NCBI GenBank assembly: GCA_049323295.1
Contig: JBMOON010000017.1
Span: forward strand, 258,724-322,723
Reading direction: 5' to 3'
DNA from: Pseudomonadota bacterium
Lineage (GTDB): Bacteria; Pseudomonadota; Gammaproteobacteria; Pseudomonadales; JADFDG01
Length of the DNA stretch: 64,000 bases
Part shown: positions 54,499-64,000 of the stretch, in pieces
Layout of the letters: every line of letters starts with the position of its first letter
How positions within the stretch are numbered: position 1 is the first letter of the stretch
Notes under the pieces: model-generated
The model's database searches: none
Told to the model about the DNA's origin: nothing
What the model saw: the letters and a program-made list of their open reading frames with translations, nothing else
Translations under genes and position numbers: made by a program

Positions 54499-55359
54499 AT
54501 GGAAATTTCCGCCGGCCTGGTCAAAGAACTGCGCGAGCGCACTGGCCTCGGCATGATGGAATGCAAGAAGGCGCTGGTTGAAGCGGGCGGCAACATCGAG
54601 ACCGCCATCGACAACCTGCGCAAGTCCGGCCAGGCGAAAGCCGCGAAGAAGGCCGGCCGTACCGCCGCCGAAGGCGCGGTCGTCACCGCCGGCAACGGCG
54701 GCACCGCGGTGCTGGTCGAAGTGAACAGCGAAACCGACTTCGTCGGCCGCGATGCCAGCTTCCTCGCCTTCGCCAACGACGTGGCGAAAGCCGCGCTGGC
54801 CAGCGGCGAAACCGACGTTGCGAAACTGGCCGCCGCCAACGGCGGTGCGATCGAGTCGGCGCGCCTGGCGCTGATCCAGAAGATCGGCGAGAACATCCAG
54901 ATCCGCCGCATCGCCAGACTGACCGGCGACGTCGTCGGTACCTACATCCACAGCGGCAAGATCGGCGTGCTGGCAGCGGTCAAGGGCGGCAACGCCGACC
55001 TCGGCAAGGACCTGGCCATGCATATCGCCGCCGCCAACCCGCTGGTGGTGAATCCGGCCGACGTTCCGGCCGACGTGCTGGCGCGCGAGAAGGAAATCTA
55101 CGCCGCCAAGGCCGCCGAATCCGGCAAGCCGGCCAACATCGTCGAGAAGATGGTGGAAGGTTCGCTGCGCAAGTACATGTCCGAAGTCAGCCTGACCGAG
55201 CAGGCGTTCGTGAAGGATCCGGACACCAAGGTCGGCGACCTGGTGAAGAAGGCCGGTGCCACGGTGCAGCAGTTCATCCGTTTCGAGGTGGGCGAGGGCA
55301 TCGAGAAGGAAGTCACCGACTTCGCCGCCGAAGTGGCGTCGATGACCAAGGGCGTCTGA
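54499..55359 (+). CDS. tsf: translation elongation factor Ts
   Basis: [44 protein letters not shown]. The start was moved to ATG 54499. Confidence 0.97.
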   Translation: MEISAGLVKELRERTGLGMMECKKALVEAGGNIETAIDNLRKSGQAKAAKKAGRTAAEGAVVTAGNGGTAVLVEVNSETDFVGRDASFLAFANDVAKAALASGETDVAKLAAANGGAIESARLALIQKIGENIQIRRIARLTGDVVGTYIHSGKIGVLAAVKGGNADLGKDLAMHIAAANPLVVNPADVPADVLAREKEIYAAKAAESGKPANIVEKMVEGSLRKYMSEVSLTEQAFVKDPDTKVGDLVKKAGATVQQFIRFEVGEGIEKEVTDFAAEVASMTKGV

Positions 55360-55387
55360 TCCAGCCAGGGAACGGAGTCGCAGCAGC

Positions 55388-56113
55388 ATGGCCAATCCCA
55401 CCGCCAAGTTCCGTCGCATCCTGCTCAAGCTGTCCGGCGAGGCGCTCGCCGGCAGCGAGGGCTTCGGCATCGATCCGAAAGTGCTCGACGCGATGGCGCT
55501 GGAGATCGGCCAGATCCGCGGCATCGGCGTGCAGGTCGCGCTGGTGCTGGGCGGCGGCAACCTGTTCCGCGGCAAGGCGCTGAACGAAGCCGGTCTCGAC
55601 CGGGTGACCGGCGACCACATGGGCATGCTGGCCACGGTGATGAACGGGCTGGCGATGCGCGACGCGCTGGAGCGCTCGAACATCCGCTGCCGGCTGATGA
55701 GCGCGATTCCCATGAGCGGGATCGTCGAGCACTACGACCACCGGCGCGCGCAGCATTACCTCGCCGACGGCGACGTGGTGATTTTCGCGGCCGGTACCGG
55801 CAACCCGTTCTTCACCACCGACACCGCGGCCTGCCTGCGCGGCATCGAGGTCGAGGCCGACCTGGTGCTCAAGGCGACCAAGGTGGACGGCGTGTACGAC
55901 GCCGACCCCAAGCGCAACAAGAACGCGAAGAAGTTCGACCGCCTCACCTACGACGAAGTGCTGGACCGCAAGCTGGAAGTGATGGACCTCACCGCCATCT
56001 GCCTGTGCCGCGACCACAATGTCCCGCTGCGCGTATTCGACATGAACAAGGCCGGCGCGCTGATCAACATCGTCGTCGGCGGCAACGAAGGAACGCTGGT
56101 CGAGCGCGGTTGA
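55388..56113 (+). CDS. pyrH: UMP kinase
   Basis: [38 protein letters not shown]. Confidence 0.97.
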   Translation: MANPTAKFRRILLKLSGEALAGSEGFGIDPKVLDAMALEIGQIRGIGVQVALVLGGGNLFRGKALNEAGLDRVTGDHMGMLATVMNGLAMRDALERSNIRCRLMSAIPMSGIVEHYDHRRAQHYLADGDVVIFAAGTGNPFFTTDTAACLRGIEVEADLVLKATKVDGVYDADPKRNKNAKKFDRLTYDEVLDRKLEVMDLTAICLCRDHNVPLRVFDMNKAGALINIVVGGNEGTLVERG

Positions 56114-56154
56114 GCGCCGGCCTGGGCTGATTCAAGTCACGAGAGGAACGGACC

Positions 56155-56712
56155 GTGATCAACGACATCAAGAAAGACGCCGAAGCACGCATGAAAAAGT
56201 GCATCGAGTCGCTCGACACCGCCTTCAAGAAAATCCGTACCGGCCGCGCCAACCCCGCGATCCTCGATGCCGTGCGCGTCAACTATTACGGCAACGACAC
56301 GCCGATCAACCAGGTGGCGCAGGTGACGGTGGAGGATTCCCGCACGCTGTCGATCTCGCCCTGGGAAAAGAACATGGTCACCGAGATCGAGAAGGCGATC
56401 ATGAAGAGCGACCTCGGCCTGAACCCGAACACCGCCGGCAGCGTGATCCGGCTGGTGATGCCGGCGCTGACCGAGGAAACCCGCAAGGACATGATCAAGG
56501 TCGCGCGCGGCGAAGCCGAGCACGCCCGGGTCGCCGTCCGCAACGTGCGCCGCGACGCCAATACCCTGCTCAAGGACCTGCTGAAGGACAAGAAAGTCAG
56601 CGAGGACGAAGAGCGCAAGGCGCAGGACGACGTGCAGAAGCTCACCGACAAGTATGTCGCCGAGATCGACGCGCACCTGAAGAAGAAAGAGCAGGACCTG
56701 CTGGCCGTCTGA
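56155..56712 (+). CDS. frr: ribosome recycling factor
   Basis: GTG start behind GAGAGGA; [23 protein letters not shown]. Confidence 0.96.
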   Translation: MINDIKKDAEARMKKCIESLDTAFKKIRTGRANPAILDAVRVNYYGNDTPINQVAQVTVEDSRTLSISPWEKNMVTEIEKAIMKSDLGLNPNTAGSVIRLVMPALTEETRKDMIKVARGEAEHARVAVRNVRRDANTLLKDLLKDKKVSEDEERKAQDDVQKLTDKYVAEIDAHLKKKEQDLLAV

Positions 56713-56744
56713 GGCCGCGGGTTCCCGTTCCGGGTCAATTGCGC

Positions 56745-57566
56745 GTGGATCCTTCCCGAACGCCGTCGGCGGCACCGGACATCGACAGCTGGCGCCGCGA
56801 CGGCGTGCCGCGCCACGTCGCCGTCATCATGGACGGCAACAACCGCTGGGCCCGCAAGCGCGGCCTGCCGGGCCGCGAAGGCCACAAGGCCGGCGAGACG
56901 GCGCTGCATGCCGCCGTCGAACATGCCGGCCGCCGCGGCATCGAATGCTTCACCGTCTTTGCCTTTTCCAGCGAGAACTGGCGTCGCCCCGAGGATGAAG
57001 TCTCGGCGCTGATGACGCTGTTCCTGGCGGCCCTCAACCGGCGGGTACCGGAACTCAACGAACACGGCATCCGCCTGCGTTTCATCGGCGATCTCGCGGC
57101 GTTCTCGCCGGAGATCCGCGCCGGCGTCGCGGAAGCCGAACGGCTCACCCGGCAGAACAACACCCTGCACCTGTCGGTGGCGGTCAACTACGGCGGCCAG
57201 TGGGACATCGCGCAGGCGGCCCGCCGCGCCGCCGCCGATGTCGCTGCCGGCCGGCTGCGCGCCGATGACCTCGACGAGGCGACCCTCGGCCGCTACCTGT
57301 CGCTGGCCGACCTGCCGCCGCCGGACCTGCTGATCCGCACCGGCGGCGAGTTACGAATCTCCAACTTCCTGCTGTGGCAGCTCGCCTATAGTGAGCTGCA
57401 CTTCAGCGATGTCCTGTGGCCGGATTTCGATGCCGCCGCCTTCGATGCCGCCCTGGCCGACTACGCGTCGCGCCAGCGCCGCTTCGGTCGCTCCGGCGAG
57501 GAAATCGACCCGTCAACCGCCGGCGCCGCCGGCACCGGGACGCAGTCGTCCCGCGAATCCCGCTAG
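56745..57566 (+). CDS. uppS: isoprenyl transferase (undecaprenyl-diphosphate synthase)
   Basis: HVAVIMDGNNRWA, FSSENWRRP, RTGGELRISNFLLWQLAYSEL. The start is uncertain (GTG 56745 or TTG 56739). Confidence 0.93.
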   Translation: MDPSRTPSAAPDIDSWRRDGVPRHVAVIMDGNNRWARKRGLPGREGHKAGETALHAAVEHAGRRGIECFTVFAFSSENWRRPEDEVSALMTLFLAALNRRVPELNEHGIRLRFIGDLAAFSPEIRAGVAEAERLTRQNNTLHLSVAVNYGGQWDIAQAARRAAADVAAGRLRADDLDEATLGRYLSLADLPPPDLLIRTGGELRISNFLLWQLAYSELHFSDVLWPDFDAAAFDAALADYASRQRRFGRSGEEIDPSTAGAAGTGTQSSRESR

Positions 57567-57585
57567 AGCGATCAGGAGCCGACGG

Positions 57586-58419
57586 ATGTTGTGGCAACGG
57601 GTGGTAACGGCACTGGCTCTGCTGCCGCTCATTCTCGGCGCGATGTTTTTCCTGCCGAATGCCTGGTTCGCGGCATTCGTGGCGGTGCCGGTGCTGATCG
57701 CCGGCCACGAGTGGACGCGCATGGCGCCGGTCTGCCGCAACACCTTCATGGCGCTGCTGGTTGCCGGCATGGCCGGCACGTTCGTCGTCGAGCGCCTGCA
57801 GCCGGGCGCGGCGCTGCCGCTGCTGTGGATCTCGCTGGCCTTCTGGTTGCTGGCGCTGGTGCTGGTGGTGCGTTATCCGCGCGCCAACGGCTGGTACCGG
57901 CAGCGCGCCTTCATGTACGTCGCCGGCCTGGTGTTGCTGGTGCCGGCCTGGCACGCGGTGGTGCTGCTGCAGTCGTTCGTCATCGACGTGCAGGGCACGG
58001 CGCTGCGCGGGCTGGCGCTGCTGGGCGGTTTCGTCGTGGTGTGGGGCGCGGACGTCGGCGCCTATTTCGCGGGCCGCGCGTTCGGCCGCCACAAGCTGGC
58101 GGTGCACGTGAGCCCGGGCAAATCGGTGGAGGGCGCCGTCGGCGGCCTCGCGCTCACCCTGCTGCTGGCCTTCGCGCTGGCGCAGGCGCGCGCGCTCACC
58201 GGAGAAACGACGGTGCTGCTGCTGGCGCTGGTGCTGGTGGCCACGCTGGCGTCGATCCTCGGCGATCTGTTCGAGAGCATGGTCAAGCGCGAAGCCGGGA
58301 TGAAGGACAGCGGCACGCTGTTGCCCGGGCACGGCGGCATGCTCGACCGCATCGACAGCGTGACCTGCGCGCTGCCGGTGTTCGCCCTCGGCTACGTCCT
58401 GCTGGGCATCGCGGTGTGA
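57586..58419 (+). CDS. cdsA: phosphatidate cytidylyltransferase
   Basis: Multi-TM protein with SPGKSVEG and [33 protein letters not shown] 57586 sits behind CAGGAG. Confidence 0.95.
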   Translation: MLWQRVVTALALLPLILGAMFFLPNAWFAAFVAVPVLIAGHEWTRMAPVCRNTFMALLVAGMAGTFVVERLQPGAALPLLWISLAFWLLALVLVVRYPRANGWYRQRAFMYVAGLVLLVPAWHAVVLLQSFVIDVQGTALRGLALLGGFVVVWGADVGAYFAGRAFGRHKLAVHVSPGKSVEGAVGGLALTLLLAFALAQARALTGETTVLLLALVLVATLASILGDLFESMVKREAGMKDSGTLLPGHGGMLDRIDSVTCALPVFALGYVLLGIAV

Positions 58420-58427
58420 GCAGCGTC

Positions 58428-59615
58428 ATGCCGCAACAGACGCTGGTCGTGCTCGGATCCACCGGATCCGTCGGCTGCAGCACGCTCGACGTGGTGGCCC
58501 GCCATCCGGGACGGTTCCGCGTGCTGGCGCTGGTCGCCGGCAGCCGCGTCGATGCGCTGCATGCCCAGGTCCTCGACCACCGGCCGCGCTATGCCGTGCT
58601 GGCCGACGAAAAAGCCGCCGCCGAATTGCGGAACCGCCTGCAGGCCGCGGGGTCGGACTGCGAGGTGTTGTGCGGCGACGAGGCGACGGCGCATGTCGTC
58701 GCGCTGCCGGAAGTCGATGCGGTGATGGCGGCCATCGTCGGTGCCGCGGGCCTCGCGCCGACGCTCGCCGCGGTGCGGGCCGGCAAGAAGGTGCTGCTGG
58801 CGAACAAGGAAGCGCTGGTGATGTCCGGTGCGTTGTTCATGGCCGAGGCGAAGCGCTCCGGTGCCACGCTGCTGCCGATCGACAGCGAGCACAATGCGGT
58901 GTTCCAGTGCCTGCCGGCCGGCGCGTCGCTGGAAGAGGCGGGCGTACGGCGCATCCTGCTCACCGCGTCCGGCGGCCCGTTCCGCGCCGCGACGCGCGAA
59001 CAGATGGCGGCGGTCACGCCGGAGCAGGCGGTGGCGCATCCCAACTGGTCGATGGGGCGCAAGATTTCGGTGGATTCGGCAACGATGATGAACAAGGGCC
59101 TCGAAGTGATCGAGGCACACTGGCTGTTCGGTGCCCGCCGCGAGCAGATCGACGTGCTGGTGCATCCGCAGAGCGTGGTGCATTCGCTGGTCGAATACGT
59201 CGACGGCTCGGTGCTGGCGCAGCTCGGCAGCCCGGACATGCGCACGCCGATCGCGCATGCGCTCGCCTGGCCGCACCGCGTGGATGCCGGCGTCAATTTC
59301 CTGGATCTGGTAGCGCGCGGCCGCCTCGATTTCGAAGCGCCGGATGCCGTCCGCTTCCCCTGTCTGCGCCTCGCGCAGGAAGCGCTGGCGGCCGGCGGCA
59401 CCGCGTCCGCGGTGCTCAATGCCGCCAACGAAGTCGCCGTACAGGCATTCCTTGAACGCCGGCTGAAATTCACCGACATCGCGGCGGTGATCGAGGACAC
59501 CCTGGCCGCCGAACCGGCGCCGGTCGTGCTCACGCTCGATGCGCTGCTCGGGATCGATGCCGCCGCGCGGCGGCGTGCCGGCGCCGCGGTGGCACAGCGG
59601 GGGCTGGCAGCATGA
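58428..59615 (+). CDS. dxr: 1-deoxy-D-xylulose-5-phosphate reductoisomerase
   Basis: [42 protein letters not shown]. Confidence 0.96.
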   Translation: MPQQTLVVLGSTGSVGCSTLDVVARHPGRFRVLALVAGSRVDALHAQVLDHRPRYAVLADEKAAAELRNRLQAAGSDCEVLCGDEATAHVVALPEVDAVMAAIVGAAGLAPTLAAVRAGKKVLLANKEALVMSGALFMAEAKRSGATLLPIDSEHNAVFQCLPAGASLEEAGVRRILLTASGGPFRAATREQMAAVTPEQAVAHPNWSMGRKISVDSATMMNKGLEVIEAHWLFGARREQIDVLVHPQSVVHSLVEYVDGSVLAQLGSPDMRTPIAHALAWPHRVDAGVNFLDLVARGRLDFEAPDAVRFPCLRLAQEALAAGGTASAVLNAANEVAVQAFLERRLKFTDIAAVIEDTLAAEPAPVVLTLDALLGIDAAARRRAGAAVAQRGLAA

Positions 59616-61045
59616 ACGAACTGCTGGGACAACTGGGCGGCGGCCTCTACGCGGTGCTGGCGTTTGCCGTACTGCTGGGCGTGGTGATCACCGTGCACGA
59701 GTGGGGTCACTTCTTCGTCGCCCGCCGCTGCGGCGTGAAGGTATTGCGCTTCTCGATCGGTTTCGGCCCGGCGCTGTGGTCGCGCATCGGCCGCGACGGC
59801 ACCGAATACGTCGTCGCCGCGGTGCCGCTGGGCGGCTACGTGAAGATGCTCGACGAACGCGAGGGCGAGGTGGCGCCGGAAGAGCTGCCGCGCGCGTTCA
59901 ACCGCAAGCCGGTGGCGCAGCGTTTCGCGATCGTCGCCGCGGGCCCGCTGGTGAACCTGGTGCTGGCGGTGTTCGTCTACTGGCTGCTGTTCGTGGCTGG
60001 CGAAATCCGGCTGGCGCCGGTGATCGGCAGCGTCGAGCGGGGTTCGCCGGCGGCCGTGGCCGGTCTGGAAGCGGGCGACGAAATCCTCGCTGTCGACGGC
60101 CACCGGATCCGCAGCTGGGACGATCTGCCGCTGCGCGTCGTGGCGCGGGTCGGCGATACCGGCAGCGTGCGCTTCGACGTGCAGCGCGGCGCGGCGGCCG
60201 TCGAACAGCAGATCGCCGTGCCGATCAACGCGTTCCTGCGCGGCCGCGAAAGCGAGAATCCGCTCTCCGCGCTCGGCCTGCGGCCCTGGATGCCGCCCTA
60301 CGAGGTCGAGATCGGCGATGTGCTGCCGACGGTCGAGATCGACGGTGTGTCGCAGCCCGGGCCCGGTCACGTGGCCGGCCTGCGCAAGGGCGACCGCCTG
60401 TTGCGCGTCGACGGCCGCGAGATCCGCGGTGCGCCGGCCTGGGTCGATGCCGTGCGTTCGGCGCCCGGCCGCGCGCTGGCGGTGGAAGTCGCGCGCGGCG
60501 GCGATGTGCTGACGATCACGCTGGTGCCGGCGGTGCGCCTGGTCGACGGCCGCGCCACCGGTTATGCCGGTGTCGGTTCCGGCGGCAAGGTGACGCTGCG
60601 TTTCCCCGAGGACTGGCCGGAAGAATACCGGCGCGAAGTGCGTTTCGGCCCGCTGCAGGCCATCGCCGAGGCGGTGCGCAACACCTGGGAGCGCAGCGAG
60701 CTGACGGTGGTCATGATCGGCAAGATGATCAGCGGCGCGTTGTCCACCGACAGCATCGGCGGTCCGCTGACGATCGCCCACGGCGCCAGCGTCACGATGT
60801 CGATCGGGCCGGCAGCCTTTCTCGATTTCCTCGCGCTGGTCAGCATTACCATCGGCATCCTGAACCTGCTGCCGGTGCCGGTGCTCGACGGCGGCCACCT
60901 GCTGTTCTACGCCGTCGAGGCGGTGCGCGGCCGTCCGCTGTCCGAGCGGGTGCAGATCGCGGCGACGCAGGTCGGCCTGTTCATGCTGCTGGCGCTGATG
61001 GCGCTGGCGTTGTTCAACGACTACACGCGCTATCTGGCGCCCTGA
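59612..61045 (+). CDS. rseP: RIP (site-2) zinc metalloprotease
   Basis: [13 protein letters not shown]-like middle part, [13 protein letters not shown]. Its start overlaps the dxr stop (ATGA). Confidence 0.95.
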   Translation: MNELLGQLGGGLYAVLAFAVLLGVVITVHEWGHFFVARRCGVKVLRFSIGFGPALWSRIGRDGTEYVVAAVPLGGYVKMLDEREGEVAPEELPRAFNRKPVAQRFAIVAAGPLVNLVLAVFVYWLLFVAGEIRLAPVIGSVERGSPAAVAGLEAGDEILAVDGHRIRSWDDLPLRVVARVGDTGSVRFDVQRGAAAVEQQIAVPINAFLRGRESENPLSALGLRPWMPPYEVEIGDVLPTVEIDGVSQPGPGHVAGLRKGDRLLRVDGREIRGAPAWVDAVRSAPGRALAVEVARGGDVLTITLVPAVRLVDGRATGYAGVGSGGKVTLRFPEDWPEEYRREVRFGPLQAIAEAVRNTWERSELTVVMIGKMISGALSTDSIGGPLTIAHGASVTMSIGPAAFLDFLALVSITIGILNLLPVPVLDGGHLLFYAVEAVRGRPLSERVQIAATQVGLFMLLALMALALFNDYTRYLAP

Positions 61046-61055
61046 GGACCTGCGG

Positions 61056-63383
61056 GTGAGATTGCTGTCGCTGCTGTTGCTTGCGTTCGCGTTGCTGACG
61101 GCGTCGGTGTGGGTCCGTGCCGAAAGCTTCACGGTGAGCGACATCCGTATTCGCGGCCTGCAGCGTATTCCGGTCGAGCGGGTTTACGCGGTGCTGCCGG
61201 TGAAGGCGGGCGACGTGGTCGACGGCCGTACGGTGGCGCATCTGGTGCGCGAGCTCTATGCCACCGAGGATTTCCAGGACGTGCAGGTCGGCCGCGACGG
61301 CGACACGCTGGTGGTGCAGGTGGCCGAGCGGCCGGCAGTGAGCAAGATCGAGATCAGCGGCAACAAGTCGATCGACAGCGAGCAGTTGCTCAAGGGCCTG
61401 GAAGAGGCCGGTCTGGCCGAGGGCGAAGTGTTCCGCCGCTCGACGCTGGAAAACATGCAGGTCGAATTGCAGCGGCAGTACATCGCGCAGGGCCGCTACG
61501 GCGCGCGGGTCGACGCCAGGGTGACGCCGCAGCCGCGCAACCGCGTTTCCATCCACATCGACATCCATGAAGGCAAGGCGGCCGCCATCGGCGGCATCCG
61601 GTTCATCGGCAACAAGGCCTGGGACGACGAGCAGCTGCACAAGGTGATCAAACTGCGCGAATACAGCGCCTGGTCCTGGTTCAACAGCGACGACAAGTAC
61701 GCGCGTGAAAAGCTGGCCGGCGACCTCGAGTCGCTGCGGTCCTGGTACATGGACCGCGGCTACGTCAATTTCCAGGTGAAGACGACGCAGGTGTCGGTGA
61801 CCGCCGACCGCCGCCAGGTCTTCGTCGCCATTGCGATGGAAGAAGGCGAAAAATACACCATCAGCGACGTCGAGCTTGCCGGCGCGCTGCCGCTCGACGA
61901 AGCGCAACTGCGCCCGCTGATCCTGGTGCGGCCGCAGCAGACCTTCTCGCAGCAGCTGGTCACGCTGTCCTCGGACGTGCTGACCCGCCGGCTCGGCGTC
62001 GAGGGCTATGTCTTCGCGGAAGTGCGCGGCATTCCGGAAGTGGATGAAGAGAAGAAGACCGTCCGCATGACGTTCTTCGTCGAGCCGGGCGACCGCATGT
62101 ACGTCAACCGGATCACCTTCGCCGGCAACGACAAGACGCGCGACGACGTGCTGCGACGTGAAATGCGCCAGTTCGAAGGCGCGCCGGCCTCGCAGGCGGC
62201 CATCGAGCAGTCGAAGCGGCGACTGGAGCAGCTCGGGTTCTTCAGCACGGTGAAGAGCTCCACCACCCGGGTTCCGGGCAGCGGCGACCGCATCGACGTC
62301 AACTACGAAGTCGAGGAACAGCCGTCGGGAAGTATCGGCGCCAACGTCGGCTATTCGCAGGGCTACGGGCTGGTGTTCGGCGCCAACGTGTCGCAGAACA
62401 ACTTCTTCGGCACCGGCAACAAGGTGTCCTTCTCGCTCAACCGCAGCCAGGTCCGCGACAGCGTCAACCTCGGCTACAACAATCCGTACTACACCGACGA
62501 CGGCGTCAGCCGCGGCTGGAACGCCTACTACTCGAAGACCGATTTCGATAACACCAACATCTCGCGCTACGCGATCGACCGCGCCGGCTTCGGTGTCAGC
62601 TTCGGCTATCCGCTGAGCGAGGTGTCCCGCCTGTCGTTCGGTTTCGGCTACGACAACGCGCAGGTCGCGATCAGCGACTTCGTGTCGGAAGACATCTGGC
62701 TGTACGTCGACGAGATGGGCGACCAGTACGATTCCTACACCGCCAACCTCGCCTGGTCGCGCAGCACGCTGAACCGCGGCGTGCTGGCCGATCGCGGCAC
62801 CTACAACCGGGTGGCGTTCGACATGGCGCTGCCGGGCAGCGACACGCCGTACTACAAGATCAGCTATTCCGGCCAGAAATACCTGCCGCTGACCCGCCGG
62901 CTCACCCTCAAGGGACGCACCGACCTCGGCTTCGGCGACGGCTACGGCAGCGACTGGCGCCTGCCGTTCCACCAGCGCTACATGGCGGGCGGCTACGGCT
63001 CGGTGCGCGGCTACGAGGACCGCAGCCTGGGCGCGCGCAGCCCCGCGCACAACTTCGTGGTGGCGAACAACACCGATCCGGCGCCCGACGCCATCGGCGG
63101 CGACATGCTGGTCGAGGCCGGACTGGACCTGATCTTCCCGCCGCCGTTCGCCCCGGATTCCCGTTCGGTGCGCACTTCGCTGTTCTACGACGCGGGCAAC
63201 GTCTTCCTCACCGACGGGGAGACCTTCGCGCCGGACGTCCAGGAGCTGCGCACCTCGGTGGGCATCGCCCTGAGCTGGTATACACTCATCGGCCCCCTGA
63301 GTTTCAGTCTGGCCCGGACCCTCAACGACCAGCCGGGTGACGACAGGCAGGCCTTCCAGTTCTCGCTGGGACAACCTTTCTAG
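61056..63383 (+). CDS. bamA: outer membrane protein assembly factor BamA
   Basis: GTG start behind GAGGA; signal peptide; POTRA repeats (IRIRGLQRIPVERV...); C-terminal barrel ending ...FQFSLGQPF. Confidence 0.96.
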   Translation: MRLLSLLLLAFALLTASVWVRAESFTVSDIRIRGLQRIPVERVYAVLPVKAGDVVDGRTVAHLVRELYATEDFQDVQVGRDGDTLVVQVAERPAVSKIEISGNKSIDSEQLLKGLEEAGLAEGEVFRRSTLENMQVELQRQYIAQGRYGARVDARVTPQPRNRVSIHIDIHEGKAAAIGGIRFIGNKAWDDEQLHKVIKLREYSAWSWFNSDDKYAREKLAGDLESLRSWYMDRGYVNFQVKTTQVSVTADRRQVFVAIAMEEGEKYTISDVELAGALPLDEAQLRPLILVRPQQTFSQQLVTLSSDVLTRRLGVEGYVFAEVRGIPEVDEEKKTVRMTFFVEPGDRMYVNRITFAGNDKTRDDVLRREMRQFEGAPASQAAIEQSKRRLEQLGFFSTVKSSTTRVPGSGDRIDVNYEVEEQPSGSIGANVGYSQGYGLVFGANVSQNNFFGTGNKVSFSLNRSQVRDSVNLGYNNPYYTDDGVSRGWNAYYSKTDFDNTNISRYAIDRAGFGVSFGYPLSEVSRLSFGFGYDNAQVAISDFVSEDIWLYVDEMGDQYDSYTANLAWSRSTLNRGVLADRGTYNRVAFDMALPGSDTPYYKISYSGQKYLPLTRRLTLKGRTDLGFGDGYGSDWRLPFHQRYMAGGYGSVRGYEDRSLGARSPAHNFVVANNTDPAPDAIGGDMLVEAGLDLIFPPPFAPDSRSVRTSLFYDAGNVFLTDGETFAPDVQELRTSVGIALSWYTLIGPLSFSLARTLNDQPGDDRQAFQFSLGQPF

Positions 63384-63478
63384 TCTTCCGCGGTCTGAAT
63401 CCCCGGGCGAGAGTTCCAACCGTTCCGAACCACGCACTTCCGACCACACAACAAACAACAGGCAGCGAGGAAACCCAC

Positions 63479-63979
63479 GTGCGCAACACCACCCTGATCC
63501 TGCTGGTTGCCGCCGCGCTGGCGACCGGCGAGGCAGCCGCCGAGAAGATCGGCATCGTCGATCCGATGACTGCCATTTCGTCGACCGAGCAGTACACCAA
63601 GGCGATGGCCGACCTGGAAAAGGACACTGCCGGCGACAAGGCGAAAATCACCAAGCTGCAGGCCGAGCTCACGACCTGCTCGCAGAAAATGAAGACCGAA
63701 GGCGCCACGATGTCGGCGACCGATGCGGCGAAGCTCAAGACCGACTGCGAAGCCAAGTACCGCGATTACCAGGTGCTCGGCCAGACCTTCCAGAAAACGG
63801 TCGGCGAGCGCCAGCAGGCGATCCTCCAGGACTTCGGTCCGAAGTTCCAGCGCGCGGTCGATGCCGTCGCCAAGGAAGGGGCCTACGACCTGATCATCAC
63901 CAAGGAAGCGCTGCTGTTCTCGAAGCCGGCGCAGGAAATCACCGACAAGGTGACGATCAAGCTCAACACCATGAAGTGA
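63479..63979 (+). CDS. skp: OmpH/Skp-family periplasmic chaperone
   Basis: GTG start behind GAGGAAA; signal peptide LILLVAAALATGEAAA; Lys/Gln-rich coiled-coil body. Sits in the canonical position after bamA. Confidence 0.88.
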   Translation: MRNTTLILLVAAALATGEAAAEKIGIVDPMTAISSTEQYTKAMADLEKDTAGDKAKITKLQAELTTCSQKMKTEGATMSATDAAKLKTDCEAKYRDYQVLGQTFQKTVGERQQAILQDFGPKFQRAVDAVAKEGAYDLIITKEALLFSKPAQEITDKVTIKLNTMK

Positions 63980-64000
63980 GATGACGATGCAGGCGCGCTC

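Noticed and set aside
63981-64000. An ATG 2 nt after the skp stop (MTMQAR...), the position where lpxD usually follows.
   Set aside because: Only 6 codons lie inside the window, which is too little sequence to support a call.

Overview
This is a very GC-rich proteobacterial (gamma/beta-like) chromosomal segment. I support about 57 protein-coding genes and found no rRNA, tRNA, CRISPR array, transposase or integrase. Many long ORFs in the supplied track are antisense or out-of-frame artefacts of the GC content: Arg/Ala/Gly/Pro-rich translations lying opposite clearly recognisable genes. Several real genes start well inside their track ORF, so I moved those starts to ATG/GTG codons with a Shine-Dalgarno sequence.

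Layout:
- 1-27.3 kb: mixed metabolism and signalling. It holds an SDR/thiolase divergent pair, an FMN/PNPOx/GAF operon, a hemerythrin plus GGDEF locus bracketed by two paralogous His-rich 4-TM genes, plsB, a VWA lipoprotein with ECF sigma and anti-sigma, tandem MpaB-family genes, and dapE-orf-selD.
- 27.3-43.7 kb: a complete assimilatory nitrate/nitrite island (nasT, nrtABD-type ABC transporter, an AlgE-like porin, narK-type MFS transporter plus a fused PP2C/Ser-Thr kinase, nirBD, and the molybdopterin nitrate reductase). Its regulatory grammar is readable in the DNA: three consensus sigma-54 promoters, tandem NtrC sites, and related leader hairpins, two of which are intrinsic terminators. A single nucleotidyltransferase gene with an AT-rich perfect inverted repeat interrupts the island.
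- 43.7-47.1 kb: yaeQ and a run of small secreted or hypothetical genes.
- 47.2-64 kb: highly conserved core synteny (dapD-arsC-like-dapC-glnD-map, divergent from rpsB-tsf-pyrH-frr-uppS-cdsA-dxr-rseP-bamA-skp).

Nothing here looks like a canonical defence or mobile system. The best candidates for something undescribed are:
1. The duplicated His-rich 4-TM / hemerythrin / GGDEF neighbourhood, next to the FMN-PNPOx-GAF operon (3.8-10.5 kb).
2. The NTase with its palindromic operator, and the PP2C-kinase, embedded in the nas island.
3. The translationally coupled dapE-orf125-selD unit.

All functional assignments come from motif recognition by eye. No database search was run.
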